Part shown: positions 1-11,360 of the stretch, piece after piece
Layout of the letters: every line of letters starts with the position of its first letter
How positions within the stretch are numbered: the stretch's first letter is position 1
Assembly: GCA_964016885.1 (NCBI GenBank)
Contig: OZ024743.1
Coordinates: 351,230,001-351,294,000, forward strand
Origin: Eledone cirrhosa
Taxonomy: Eukaryota
DNA: 64,000 bases
Direction: 5' to 3'
Program-made: the position numbers and the translations under genes
The notes under the pieces: model-generated
Database searches by the model: none
What the model was told of the DNA's origin: nothing
What the model saw: only the letters and a program-made list of their open reading frames with translations

Positions 1-428
1 AGAGTATCTGATTTCTTGTTTGCTATTAATTAAAGTGATATATGTAAATGCTGTGCTGTGAGTGGTCAATAACTGACTGAATTTATTGCAATTTGCTGGC
101 AATTTATTGATGATTATCTTGCCAAATGTTTAATTGGATTGGCAATTAAAACACAAACAAGCATCTCAGTTGAACAACTAGTGCTCATGATCAATGCAAC
201 TCTAGATGAGCACAGGTCATGCAGAGACAGAAGATTTTATAGGTGAAATAGGGATTGCAGAAAAAGGGAAAGAGAGACAGGGATACAGATTCACAGACAG
301 AAAGAGAGGAAGAAGTAGAATGGAGAGAGATTCTGTCGAACATCTATGAATAAAGTGCATTTTGTAGTTCTATTTTCACTCTTTGCCTTGCTACGTATTT
401 ATGGCTTTGCGGTATTATTATAATAATA

Positions 429-1028
429 GGACGGTGGATTGGCAGTATCGGTAGAGGTTCGGACGCCTTGCTTTGACGCATAGAGTTACGGCCCTTGCCA
501 TTCTGAGTTCAAATCCCGCCGAGGTTAACTTTGCCTTTCATCCTTACGGGTTCGATAAAATAAAGTACCAGTAATGTACTGAGTAATTGCTGGCCTTGTG
601 CCAAAAGTAGAAACAATTATTATGATAATAGGACGATGGATTGGCAGTATCGGTAGAGGGTCAGACGCCATGCTTTGCAGCATAGAGTTACGGTCCTTTA
701 TGATCTGAGTTCGAATCCCGCCGAGGTTAATTTGTCTTTCATCCTTACGAGGTCGATAAAATAAAGTACCAGTAATGCACTGAGTAATTGCTGGGTTTGT
801 GCCAAATGTAGAAACAATTATTATATGATAAATAAGGGCGGTGGTTTGGCAGTATCGGTAGAGGGTCGAATGCAATGCTTTTCAGCATAGAGTTACGACT
901 CGTTTTGGTCTAATTTCAAATCCCGCCGAGGTTAATTTTGACTTCATCCTTACGGGGTCGATAAAATAAAGTATCAGTAATACACTGGGATAATTACTGG
1001 CCTTGTGCCAAAAGTAGAAACAATTATT
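429..1028 (+). mobile_element. Three head-to-tail copies of a ~190-bp tRNA-derived SINE (family S1)
   Basis: Units at 429-620, 630-820 and 836-1028. Each has an A-box-like TGGCAGTATCGG, B-box GAGTTCRAATCC, core CCTTTCATCCTTACGGGGTCGATAAAATAAAGTACC and tail AGTAGAAACAATTATT. Confidence 0.9.
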
Positions 1029-1029
1029 A

Positions 1030-1162
1030 TATGAGAAACGAGGTTATTTAAGGTATTTCTTTCGACTCTTTACGTTTATGTTCAAATCCTGCTAATGTTA
1101 ACTTTACCTTTCTTCCTTCCGGGGTTGATAAAATAAAGTACCTATTCAGCACCGGAGTCGAT
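1030..1162 (+). mobile_element. Degenerate S1-related SINE
   Basis: GTTCAAATCC...CCTTTCTTCCTTCCGGGGTTGATAAAATAAAGTACC. Confidence 0.7.
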
Positions 1163-1165
1163 TAA

Positions 1166-1357
1166 AATTGTTACTACTTTTGGCACAAAGCCAGCAATTA
1201 TCTCAGTGCATTACTGGTACTTTATTTTATTGACTCCGCAAGGATCAAAGGCAAAGTTAAAACCTCGGCGGGATTTGAACTCAGAATGGCAAGGGCCGTC
1301 ACTCTATACGTTAATGCATGGTGTCCGACCCTCTACCGATACTGCCAATCCAGCGCC
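1166..1357 (-). mobile_element. S1 SINE
   Basis: Reverse complement of the 429-620 unit. Confidence 0.9.
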
Positions 1358-1613
1358 ATTAGATCAATAATAGTAAGGGCTGTGGGTAAGCAAAATCAGT
1401 AGAATAATGCCTATGTATATAAATATATGAACTACTAATTTCCCATTGCTTTTAAAACATTCCTCAAATCGCGACGTTTATCCATCTCAAACATATTTTG
1501 AAAAATATATCTATAAATATATATATATGTGTATTACTCGAGGAGCAACTGCATAACATATACCTAATTCATATACACATTGCGTAAAGCAATTACACAC
1601 ATGCACACTCAAC

Positions 1614-1615
<2 letters not shown>

Positions 1616-1707
<92 letters not shown>
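1616..1707. repeat. (CA)n microsatellite
   Basis: Direct reading. Confidence 0.99.
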
Positions 1708-1710
<3 letters not shown>

Positions 1711-2019
1711 TAGATAAAGTTGATTGACATTCAAATATGGGTCGAAAGTGGCTGACAAGTCGCTTAGCGACCTTCTGTTATTGATTTGTCTACAAATAAA
1801 GTGGGAAGAGCGTCATCGAGCTGAGAAGGATCATATCTGGTTTGGAACTTTCCCAATATACCGTAATCACTAATTTATGCCACCTCCACACAGTACACAC
1901 GTTCGATACAAGCGCGTACGTGCATTGCATGCACCCATACACAGTTGTGTATATATATATATATATATATATAAATGAAAGGTATAGAAAACATTGTAGC
2001 AAAAAGCCATCAGTATTCC

Positions 2020-2086
<67 letters not shown>

Positions 2087-2619
2087 GCACACACACACAC
2101 ATATATATATACATGCACATTATACATATTTTATTATTTCAATTGCTCACAAAGCCTTCACATAATCGCGTGATCAATTGGCGTCAAACGACATTGCTCT
2201 AATAACAGTAAAGTTTGCTTGGCAGTGTGAGAAATTTGCTTGTGTTGGCTGTGCAAAATAAGTTTGATTCTTTTGTGTAAGATGTGCAGTCGGGTACTAA
2301 ATGATATGAAATGTTTGTAAAACATTTAGATCACTGGGCTTTCTATTTTACCTAAACGTTTGTGTTTTGTCCAGATTTCGCATGCATTTTTTGTGATGGT
2401 CTTTTTACCCACTCGATTCAGTTCGTTGCCGTTAATACTTCTGGAGTTGATAAAGTTATTAGTCAGGTAATAAGGTATATGAAATCTGATAAATATATGT
2501 ACCTTTACACGTTTGCTAGTTTCATTCAACTGGTTGTTGCCATATTCGGGCGCTGTCGAAGATTTTATTGCAGCATAGTATTTATGGGATTTAATGAGTG
2601 AGTTTTATACACACATATA

Positions 2620-2802
2620 TTGGTAGACTGCGGTACAGACACTGGGAAGACCAAAACTCAGAGTAGTACACGATACATGGTGTGATATAGAGTCGGTATA
2701 TTAGTGAAGTAAAGTATTGACAGCGAGCTCAAGCGGTTTCGAGAAGAGGTAAATAGCCAAAAGCCCTGAGCTCTCGGTCAATCCCCTACTTCACTAATAT
2801 AT
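2620..2802. repeat. Degenerate fold-back element between TA tracts, same family as 8168-8390
   Basis: Arms TATATTAGTGAAGTA..ATTGAC..GAGCTCA / TGAGCTC..GTCAAT..TACTTCACTAATATA. Shares GAGCTCAAGCSGTTTCGA and a TACTACYCTRAGT motif with 8168-8390. Confidence 0.65.
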
Positions 2803-2851
2803 ATATATGTGTGTGTACATGTTTGTATGTATGTATCAATACATACATATA

Positions 2852-3324
2852 TGATGGCTGCAAACTCTATTAAGAGTATTGCAATCGCTTGTCAGATTAC
2901 AGAGTTCGTTGCACTTTTAGGCTACGGCCAGCCACACGAACCTGTAACATATCCTGAACAAGCAATGCCTGTGCTTTGAAGGTTTTTTTAAGTGGGGAAA
3001 GGCCTTGCACTCGACCAATCCCACTCTTTGAGCATCGGAAACACTACCCAAAAAAGAGAACTGGTCAACATCATCGGATGCTTCCGAAGGCGCAGGTTTT
3101 TTTTCAGAGGGTCCCTCTCGTAGAAAGGTGTTGTGACAATAACTGGGGGCCTTTCACACCCACGTGAAAAAAAAAAAGGTACTATTTGGATGGCCGTGGA
3201 CTCTGCTGAGTTCCTCCGCCCTTTGCCGGGTCTTGTATTTCATCCCGCAGGGTGTCCAAATATCACCCTCCTCACCAAGCAAGCTTGGTGGGGTTGTCGG
3301 TTTAGTTGCCGGCAACCCGACCAT
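2852..3324 (-). mobile_element. Non-autonomous RTE-derived element (family N1) with ~25-bp target-site duplication
   Basis: Homologous to 40622-41047 and 51221-51758 (GCAGGGTGTCCAAA..TCACCCTCCTCACCAAG..GGGGTTG..TTTAGT). Flanked on both sides by GTATGTATGTATCAATACATACATA. Confidence 0.7.
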
Positions 3325-3340
3325 GTATGTATGTATGTAT

Positions 3341-3480
3341 CAATACATACATACATACATACATACATACATACATACATACATACATACATACATACAT
3401 ACATACATACATACATACATACATACATACATACATACATACATACATACATACATACAGACATACGTACATACATACAT
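3341..3480. repeat. (CATA)n microsatellite
   Basis: Direct reading. Confidence 0.99.
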
Positions 3481-4743
3481 AAGGAGAGAACCAGAGCTGA
3501 ATACCTCAGAAGAGTAAACAAAATATGGTCATCAGAACTGTCAGCGTACAACAAATACATTGCCCACAATACTTATGCTGTGCCAATTCTAACGCCAACA
3601 TTTGGCCTACTGAACTGGTTATTGCAAGAACTAAGTGTTAGAACTCGCAAACTTCTCAGTGTTACTGGGAACTTTAACATCAATGGTGATGTGGATAGGC
3701 TTTACTTCTCACGCAAGTAAGGTGGCCGGGGTCTAAAATCCATATTAACATCAAATGAGACCCGGATAGTGACACTGAAGCAACACCTGCAACAAAGGAA
3801 AAAGGTTGGCAAACATCTTGCCCAGGTTTATGAGCATGAAAAAAAAAATATCATTAGAATAGCGACTGATCTGGAGGAGAGATATGGAATAAAGCCTGAT
3901 ATAAATCTCTTACCCAGAGAAATCGGAAGATCCTATTCAATGTTCAAACAAGATGAAAAAATTGACCAATTTACACAAAAAGTTGTGCATGGATACTTGA
4001 GACGTAAAACACAGACCATAGAGGGGATAACCCACTCAAAAATCCTGGCATGGAGTTCCGACAGGTTTATGACATCACACCCTGAGGGATATCTCTATGC
4101 AATACAGGAACAAGAACTCCCTACCAAATATCTGCTGCACAAAAAGGGAGGGCCGTCAGCTGACAATAAATGTAGGATATGTAAAACAAAGATCGAGGAT
4201 GTAAGCCACATTGTTGCCAGCTGCGAAAGAATGTCATCTCGCTACTACCTCCCCATGAGACACGATGGGATAGCTAGAACCATCTGGAACGCACTTCGGA
4301 AAACAAAATTAACAACAAATGAGGAAGAATATATTGAGACAGATGGCACTAAGGAATACTGGTGGAACCTGAAAATAAAAACTGCCACCAAATTAAAGCA
4401 CAACCGGCCTGATATTGTTGTTTGGGACCACACATTGAAAACGTGTTCTGTTGTGGAGATCAGCTGCCCACTTGATGTAAACGTTGTCAGAAAAATACAG
4501 GAGAAGGAGGACATCTACGGACCATTGATGAGGAGTTTACAAATCCAGTATCGAAGATACACCTTTAGCTTCATATCCATCATTATTGGAGCTACGGGTT
4601 ATATACCAACCCGCTTGGACCAAAGTATGACTGAATTTGGATTTGCGGACAAAAAGCGCAGCTCCCTAATTCATAGTCTACAAATGGTTGCGATAGCTGG
4701 CACCTTCAAAATTTGCAAAACATTCTTGCGATTCAAGGGATGA
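3481..4743 (+). pseudogene. R4/Dong ORF C-terminus (post-RT region, CCHC zinc knuckle, restriction-like endonuclease)
   Basis: RLYFSRK*GGRGL (in-frame stop at 3718-3720), CRICKTKIEDVSHIVASC, RHD, NRPDIVVWD..VVEISCP (PD-(D/E)xK type). Confidence 0.9.
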
Positions 4744-4825
4744 CAATTTCTTTTCTTTTACAACCTTGCCACCAGGAAGGTAGCCGGTCAAAAAAATATA
4801 CCCGAAATTAAGAGAAAGAGATAAT
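3481..4825 (+). mobile_element. 5'-truncated R4/Dong-clade non-LTR retrotransposon
   Basis: Begins at the end of (CATA)n and ends before ATACATAC. Encodes the C-terminal part of an RLE-type ORF. Confidence 0.9.
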
Positions 4826-4837
4826 ATACATACACAA

Positions 4838-5910
4838 TGATGGTTGACTACTCGATTTCAAGTTTGACAACTTTCTTACATATATATCTATGTGCCATTG
4901 GCACCATGACGAGCTTTATAATGGCTTTTTAAACCAGCAAGTGATTTATATTGAATGTTACATATAGGATATATCTTTTGTGCTTCATTAGCAACCAAGG
5001 GAACAGCAACATGTTCACCTACATATATTTTATTAACATGGCGCTTTATGCCTGTCTTGGGCCTACATAATTTACCACACACGTGAAAAGTTAAGGCTGC
5101 ATCATTAAGCTTATATCTGTGAATTCCACTGTGTTTCCTTCCCCATGACTCTTTAAATGTCCTCTGTCTTTGAACAGACGAAACCGACCACAAACAAGAC
5201 ACGTCCAGTATTCCTTGAACAAGCTACTCTCAGGTAACTGATTGTCACACATTTTCCATGCTGCCCTTTTCAGTTGTTTATGGTCTATACGCTTTAACCC
5301 CCCTCCATACAGTTTTTTATTCCATAAAACACTATCACAAGCAGCTGTTTCCCAATTATTCAATGCAACCCCCCCCCCTATATTTTCAAGTTTTTAATGT
5401 TGTCACAAAATCACATCTTTAGCTTACATGTAGGTCTCATCCCTACATTTAGCTCTTCATACAACAATTGTTTTAGTATTCTCTCATGCCCAAGTCGAAC
5501 AACGTGCCCAACAGGGATCCATCTCTCGAATTTATACTTCCTAGATAAATAAAGTTATTGACAGCAGACAAAGGAAAACCATCAACAAAAATGTTTGACT
5601 CTTGTTATGCATTACCAGGTTCCTGAGTAAATATACTTTGTCTTGCTCTAGCTACTTTGTAAACCAAAAACCTTACACGCTGCACAAAGATAATCCTTTA
5701 GAATAAGCATATCTGCTTCCAAATGTACCACAAGGTCACAATCATCAACCAAGAGATCACGAACCATTGATACAAACGTTGTACTTTTGGCAGAAAAATG
5801 ACGCAAATAAAATGGCTTCCCAGTTGTCCTCTTCCCATCACAAACCCCAACATTACAATTTTCAAACGCCTTGACAAAAGCCACTGAAAATTATGAGAAC
5901 AAGGTAGTCG

Positions 5911-5912
<2 letters not shown>
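4838..5912 (-). pseudogene. Degraded RTE/BovB-clade LINE fragment
   Basis: GKPFYLRHFSAK..VRDLL.DDCDL (RTE RT-like), WETAACD..W, and C-terminal C2H2-like motifs. Many stops and frameshifts. Confidence 0.8.
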
Positions 5913-5980
<68 letters not shown>

Positions 5981-6187
5981 CGTTTCTGAATTTGTTTAGC
6001 AAGATTCTTTATCTGAAATCGTGTGTTGAAACCGATATTGTTATACTTTGGGAGGGTCATGTTGCCAATAAGAAACACACGCACCAGTTGCTTTCACTTC
6101 AATTTATTATAATAAATTTATAATAAATTTATAAATTTATAAATTTCTGGTTGGTTGGTTCCACAACCAGATAGTTGTTTATATATT

Positions 6188-6230
6188 GTCATAGTTCTTT
6201 TGTCACACACTCTGTGACCTCTTCAGTGGC
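6188..6230 (-). ncRNA. Inactivated minimal hammerhead ribozyme in Penelope 3' UTR
   Basis: gcca CTGAAGA g gtcac..gtgac AAAA gaac TA tgac. G12 is changed to A and stem I is mismatched relative to the 39572 copy. Confidence 0.7.
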
Positions 6231-6431
6231 TGGGGATTCCTTTCTTTGTTTTTGTGCCTCTCCTTTGTTCTGTCCTACGCCATTTTGTTTCTGTGTGTGT
6301 GTTGTGTGCTCAGTCTGCGCATGCGCCACATCCGGGTGTCTGTGTGTGTTTATGTTCATTTATTTATTTGTTTATTTACATGTTACTGGTTGGTTGTTTG
6401 TTCTATGTGTGTGTGTGTATTCATTTTGTCC

Positions 6432-7489
6432 TTAATTGTAAGTTGTGATGTTGCTGTTCCACTCATATTTTCTATTTAATTTTGGTTGTAATTCTTTTAT
6501 GTTTATTGCCTCTGTGATTTGTCTAAACATTGCGTCTTTTCTGTGTGTAGATTCTATTTTTATTTCTATGTTCTCTAATTTACCCTTGTGTTCTATTTTA
6601 GCATGTTGGTAGAGTACAGATGATTCTTTACTATCTTGAAGGTCTCGCCAGTGTTCATTTATCCGTTCCCTACACTACGAGCTGTCTCACCTATGTACAC
6701 TATATTTTTGTCTCTACATTGTCCTTCAGTACATCTTATGCTATACACCACATTTCTAGTTTTACAGTTAATATGGGGGCTTATTTTACAGGTTATACAT
6801 TTCTTATCTATACATGAGGGTCTTTGAAAAGGGTATGTCTTGCTAATAAGTGTTTTTACGGAGGTACCTGGTCTTTCTACTATCTTAATATTGAGTTTAT
6901 GTTTATCTAGGGCCCTTCTAAATTTGTAAGCTAATTCACCTCTAGGGGTTGTATCGATGAACATTACACTCTGGTATTTATTGCTATCATACCATGAGTT
7001 TATTCTATTAGCCTTGTTCCTAGTTCTTTCTATTCTATTCCAAAATTTGCTCCTATACAAGGGGCAGGTCCCATTTATGTCATTATTTACCATTTTTTCC
7101 CATTTGGTTCTGGCTCCTCTATACACTCTGATTTTATCTCTCTGATTGTAGCCAGAGAACTGCATACGGTGGATGAAGTGTTGTATGTGTCTCTCTAGTT
7201 CTTCGGGGTTGCACATGCGGGACACGTTTCTCATCACCCGTACCAAATCCGCAATCAGTATGTTGATTTTGGTATGGTCCGAAACGGCCGAGTTTCGGTG
7301 GATCAGATGTTTGGAAGTCATGGGTTTGGCATAATGGGAATGGAGGATTTGTTTTTTATTATTAATGGTATCTAACCAGAGCTCTGTGTCTAGTATAGGT
7401 AATCGATGGTTGGGGTGTTTACTTGGGTAGTCTATAGTAACTCTAATGCTCTGGTGGATGGAGTTAGCTATTTGCTGGATGCTTTCCAT
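6432..7489 (-). pseudogene. Penelope RT thumb plus GIY-YIG endonuclease, frameshifted near 6670
   Basis: ORF 6659-7489 leaves frame after GETARSV. The intact continuation is seen in ORF 36975-37292. Confidence 0.88.
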
Positions 7490-7553
7490 TGTGTTTTTCT
7501 CACAATGGAAAGCAATGGAAAGTAATGGAAAGCATCCAGCAAATGGCTAACTC

Positions 7554-7671
7554 CATCAGAGCATGCGAGAATGAAGGGAATGCACAGGCATGGCTTCTAT
7601 ATATAGTAGTGGCCACTACTATATGTAGAAGCCATGCCTGTGTCTTCCATTCATTCTCGCATGCTCTGATG
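7554..7671. repeat. Near-perfect 118-bp palindrome
   Basis: CATCAGAGCATGCGAGAATGAA...TGG|CCA...TTCATTCTCGCATGCTCTGATG. Confidence 0.95.
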
Positions 7672-7769
7672 AATTGACTGGTTATAACTATGTATTGGTG
7701 ATCGATTGACGCAGAAACAGGCGGGTAGCGATCTCTAGACCTACCAGTTCAAAGAAACAATTGTCGGCA
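7662..7769 (+). ncRNA. Type I hammerhead ribozyme with long stem II
   Basis: tgct CTGATGA a ttgactggt...accagttcaa a GAAA caattg TC ggca. Palindromic stem III, GUC cleavage triplet. Confidence 0.75.
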
Positions 7770-7848
7770 ATGTGATTAAAGCCCTTATTGTATAGCAAAC
7801 CGTGTCACTCTTCTTTCTTGATTTATATATATATATATATATATATAT

Positions 7849-7923
<75 letters not shown>

Positions 7924-8167
7924 GAGAGAGAGAGAGGGGAGAGAGAGAGAGGGGAGAGAGAGAGTGAGCGATAGAGTTGTTGGTCCCACAACAAATTAAC
8001 AAACCATACTTGAGAACACGTGAAACTAACTATATACCGAACTCATCCTTTGGGCGGAGTTCTCTACCAATTTTGGATATAACCTCCCGGTTTTTTTACT
8101 ATATATATATGTATGAAGATCTAGCACCTCGTCCTTTATATATATATGCATATATATATAGAGAGGG

Positions 8168-8289
8168 AAAAGTATGACCCCGACGGCAGAGCTCAAGCCG
8201 TTTCGACGGCTATTTCTGGACTAAATTAGAATTTAGTCCAGAAATAGCCGTCGAAACGGCTTGAGCTCTGCCGTCGGGGTCATACTTTT
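8168..8289. repeat. Perfect 122-bp palindrome (2-nt loop) with ~100-nt unique tail to 8390, between TA tracts
   Basis: AAAAGTATGACCCCGACGG...CTAAATT ag AATTTAG...CCGTCGGGGTCATACTTTT. Confidence 0.97.
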
Positions 8290-8385
8290 TTCCTATTTCC
8301 CACTCTACTACCCTAAGTATTGAGTACTCTGGTGCGTTATTGTCCATCTGGTTCCTTACCACAATTCCTTACCACAATTCCTTTG

Positions 8386-8434
<49 letters not shown>

Positions 8435-8444
<10 letters not shown>

Positions 8445-9461
8445 GACAAGGGTTAAAATGTCCTCTTCGGTAGTCTGCTGATTATCGTTGGTATTTCGAC
8501 GCATTAAAGACTAGGTACCTAAAATCAGTGCGAGCGATAACTCAATTAAGTTATCGGGACAGTGGGAAAACAGAGGGAAGGAAATAAACACATGGTGGTA
8601 TGCAACGTAAAGAGAGGAAAATAGAGACAAGTCAAATTGACGAGGAGAAATAAACACGTCCGAGCCGCGAGAAGATTGAGAGAGGAAAGAAATTCAAGCA
8701 GGTCAGACGGGAGGAATTGAGAGGAGGAGAGGGGTGAGAAGCAGAGAGGGAGTAAGTGAAAGTGGGAGGAAGGGCCAGCCGAGAGTGAATGACCAGCAGC
8801 GGGTGTTTAGGAAGGCAAGAGGTGAAGGAGTAAAGTGACAGAAAAAATACGAACCACAGCGAAGGGAAAAAATATGTGAATGAAGAATGGCGTACTGTGT
8901 TGTTGCGAACATGAACATATGAATAAAAATAGACAAGGGTTAAAATGTCCTCTTCGGTAGTCTGCTGATTTTCGTGTCACTTTACTGTTATCACCCTTTC
9001 TCTCTCCTTCACCTCTTGCCTTCCTTAACTCCCGCTGCTGGTCACTCACTCTCGGCTGGCCCTTCCTCCCACTTTCACTCACTCCCTCTTTGCCCCCCCC
9101 CCCCCCCTGCTCACTTCCTCCCGTCTGACCTGCTTCAATTTCTTTCCTCTCGCAATCTTCTCGCGGCTCGGACGTGTCTATTTTTCCTCGTCAATTTGAT
9201 ATGTCAGGCTTAAGCCCACAGCATTCATTGACTTGTCTCTATTTTCCTCTCTTTACGTTGCATACCACCATGTGTTTGTTTCCTTCCCTCTGTTTTCCCA
9301 CTGTCCCGATAACTTAATTGAGTTATCGCTCGCACTGATTTTAGGTATCTAGTCTTTAATGCATCGAAATACCAACGATAATCAGCAGACTACTGAAGAG
9401 GACATTTTAACCCTTGTCTATTTTTATTCATATGTTCATGTTCGCAACAACGCAGCACGCC

Positions 9462-9463
<2 letters not shown>
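8435..9463. mobile_element. ORF-less ~490-bp unit present as a 1.1-mer plus an inverted, circularly permuted copy, between (TA)n tracts
   Basis: 8435-8485 recurs at ~8925-8975. 8975-9463 is the reverse complement of 8885-8925 joined to 8435-8840. Confidence 0.8.
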
Positions 9464-9544
<81 letters not shown>

Positions 9545-9548
<4 letters not shown>

Positions 9549-10296
9549 GAATATAAAAGAGAGATAAACACAGATATAAACATACATACATACTAAGTAT
9601 AGTTAGTATTTTTTTCACCCTAGCGAACTTGGTCCCTTACAATTTGAACACGTATGTTTATATCTGTGTTTATCTCTCTTTTATATTCAATTACATCATA
9701 CGGCTCAGAAATACTTCTTTATTTGAGCTATTTAATTGTAAGAGACTATTTTGAGTTTCTAACTCAATATATACTTTTGATATAGTCGGCTCCTTCAAAC
9801 TTTGTTGAGCTAATTTAAATGTCGTGTAAACTTGGCTGCTATTTTTAGCAACGTATGTTTATGAGACACGCTAGGTTCTGGTGCCATGTGCATTATTTTA
9901 TATTCGCATACTATTCAGTCTTCTGAGATATTAGAAGTGGAGGGATTACTAATTTTACAACCACTGATGAGCAGGGGGTTGGTGATTTCCTTCGCTAAAA
10001 ATTACGAAACAGCCACCAAAGCTGTCTGGGTGTTCAGGCAGTTGCCCAATATAGGTTTGTTTTTCTTTTTCTTGATTTATTAGTTTAAATTGACTCTGGC
10101 AAACCATATTGTTATAGTTAGTATTTTTTTCATCCTATCGAACTTGGTCCCTTACAATTTGAACACATGTATGTTTATATTTGTGTTTATCTTTCTTGTA
10201 TATTCAATTATATTACACGGCTCAGAAAAACTTCCTTCTTTCAGCTATTTAATTGTAAGAGACTATTTTGAGTTTCTAACTCAATATATACCTTTG

Positions 10297-10301
<5 letters not shown>
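9545..10301 (+). mobile_element. Retrozyme-like element: 515-bp period, ~187-bp direct repeats, internal HHR, short 5' inversion, in (TA)n
   Basis: 9598-9784 recurs at 10113-10301. 9545-9585 is the inverse of ~9654-9693. HHR at 9961-10029. Confidence 0.75.
9961..10029 (+). ncRNA. Type I hammerhead ribozyme
   Basis: cca CTGATGA gcagggg..tccttcgc taaaaattac GAAA cagc caccaaa gctg TC tgg. Confidence 0.75.
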
Positions 10302-10327
<26 letters not shown>

Positions 10328-10599
10328 TGAGTTACTGCCCGTCGGCTGAGCAGTATAGAATGAGAATGATTAATATGAAGGCGTAAATGTATGTTTATAT
10401 CTATATTTATGTGCATGTGTATGTGTGTTTATGTGTAGATATACGCATTGACCTGAAATACCAGCATGTCTACAATTAGGGCGATCTTATCCCACACTGC
10501 CTTCCACTGATTAATGCCTACCACACCCGATGTCACCCCATCCCCCACTAGAGGTGTATGAGGTGAGCACTGTTGCAGTGGGTAGTGTAGTTTTATCTA

Positions 10600-10792
10600 A
10601 TAATTGTTTCTACTTTTGGTACAAGGCCAGCAATTATCCCAGTGTATTACTGGTACTTTATTTTATCGACCCCGTAAGGATGAAAGGCAAAGTTAACCTC
10701 GGCGGGATTTGAACTCAGATCATAAAGAGCCGTAACTCTTTGCTGCAAAGCATGGCGTCCGACCCTCTACCGATACTGCCAATCCACCGCCC
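10600..10792 (-). mobile_element. S1 SINE (a degenerate copy follows at ~10803-11008)
   Basis: Reverse complement of the S1 consensus. Confidence 0.9.
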
Positions 10793-11099
10793 TGCAGTTT
10801 TATCTAATAATGATTTCTAATGTAAGTACAAGGCGAGCAATTTAAGGAGAAATTCGATTATATCCAACCAGTACTTTTTTGGTACTTTATTTTATCGATA
10901 CCCGAAAGGATGAAAAGCAAAGTTGACTTCGGCGAGAATTTAATTTAAAATATAAAGAACCGCAAAGCATATTATCGGACGCTCTACCGATTCTTCCAAT
11001 TCACCACTCTCAACTTTGCTCGAATAATAGCATGCACTGACAGATGTCATACTACTCCCCTCCTATTCTTTTCAATCACTCTACTATTCAACTGTATCT

Positions 11100-11360
11100 T
11101 CACCATCATCGTCATCGTTGCCGCCGTCGTTGTTATCATTATCATCATCATCGCCATCACCATCATCACTATTACCATCATCATCATCATTACCATCAAT
11201 ATCACCATCATCATCGTCAACAACGTCATCATCACTATCATTAACGCCATCAGTGTTATTCTTACACTCTCCAACATTATATCGTTATCATCACCATCAC
11301 CTTCATCATCTCAACCATGATTTACACCCTCATCCTCATCGTCATCATCATCATCATCAA
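11100..11360. repeat. Degenerate (CAT)n microsatellite
   Basis: Direct reading; explains the His/Ser/Met-rich ORFs here. Confidence 0.95.

Larger units (their letters stand above)
5977..7498 (-). mobile_element. 5'-truncated Penelope-like element; 3' end abuts (TA)n at 5914-5977
   Basis: RT C-terminus/thumb (LPILDT, HYAKP) plus GIY-YIG endonuclease (VVYSIRC..VYIGETARS..H..E). Near-identical to 36577-39827. Confidence 0.93.

Noticed and set aside
429-520. tRNA genes at A/B-box motifs
   Set aside because: These are SINE heads with no cloverleaf or terminator, continuing into a shared SINE body.
1511-2202. ORFs rich in CV, YI, HT, ER or LS dipeptides here and throughout the window
   Set aside because: They are translations of microsatellites that lack stop codons.
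2326-2601. Possible exon with AAG|GTACAT donor on the minus strand near 2502
   Set aside because: No acceptor or recognisable protein similarity.
8240-8270. GTCGAAACGGCTT as a hammerhead half
   Set aside because: No CUGANGA partner and no valid stem III/UH site; better read as a simple tetraloop hairpin.
8635-8675. HHR-like TTGACGA gga..tcc GAGC cgcg AG; also CTGAAGA at 9393
   Set aside because: Too many core mismatches and no convincing stem I. The other two copies of the 9393 motif read CCGAAGA.
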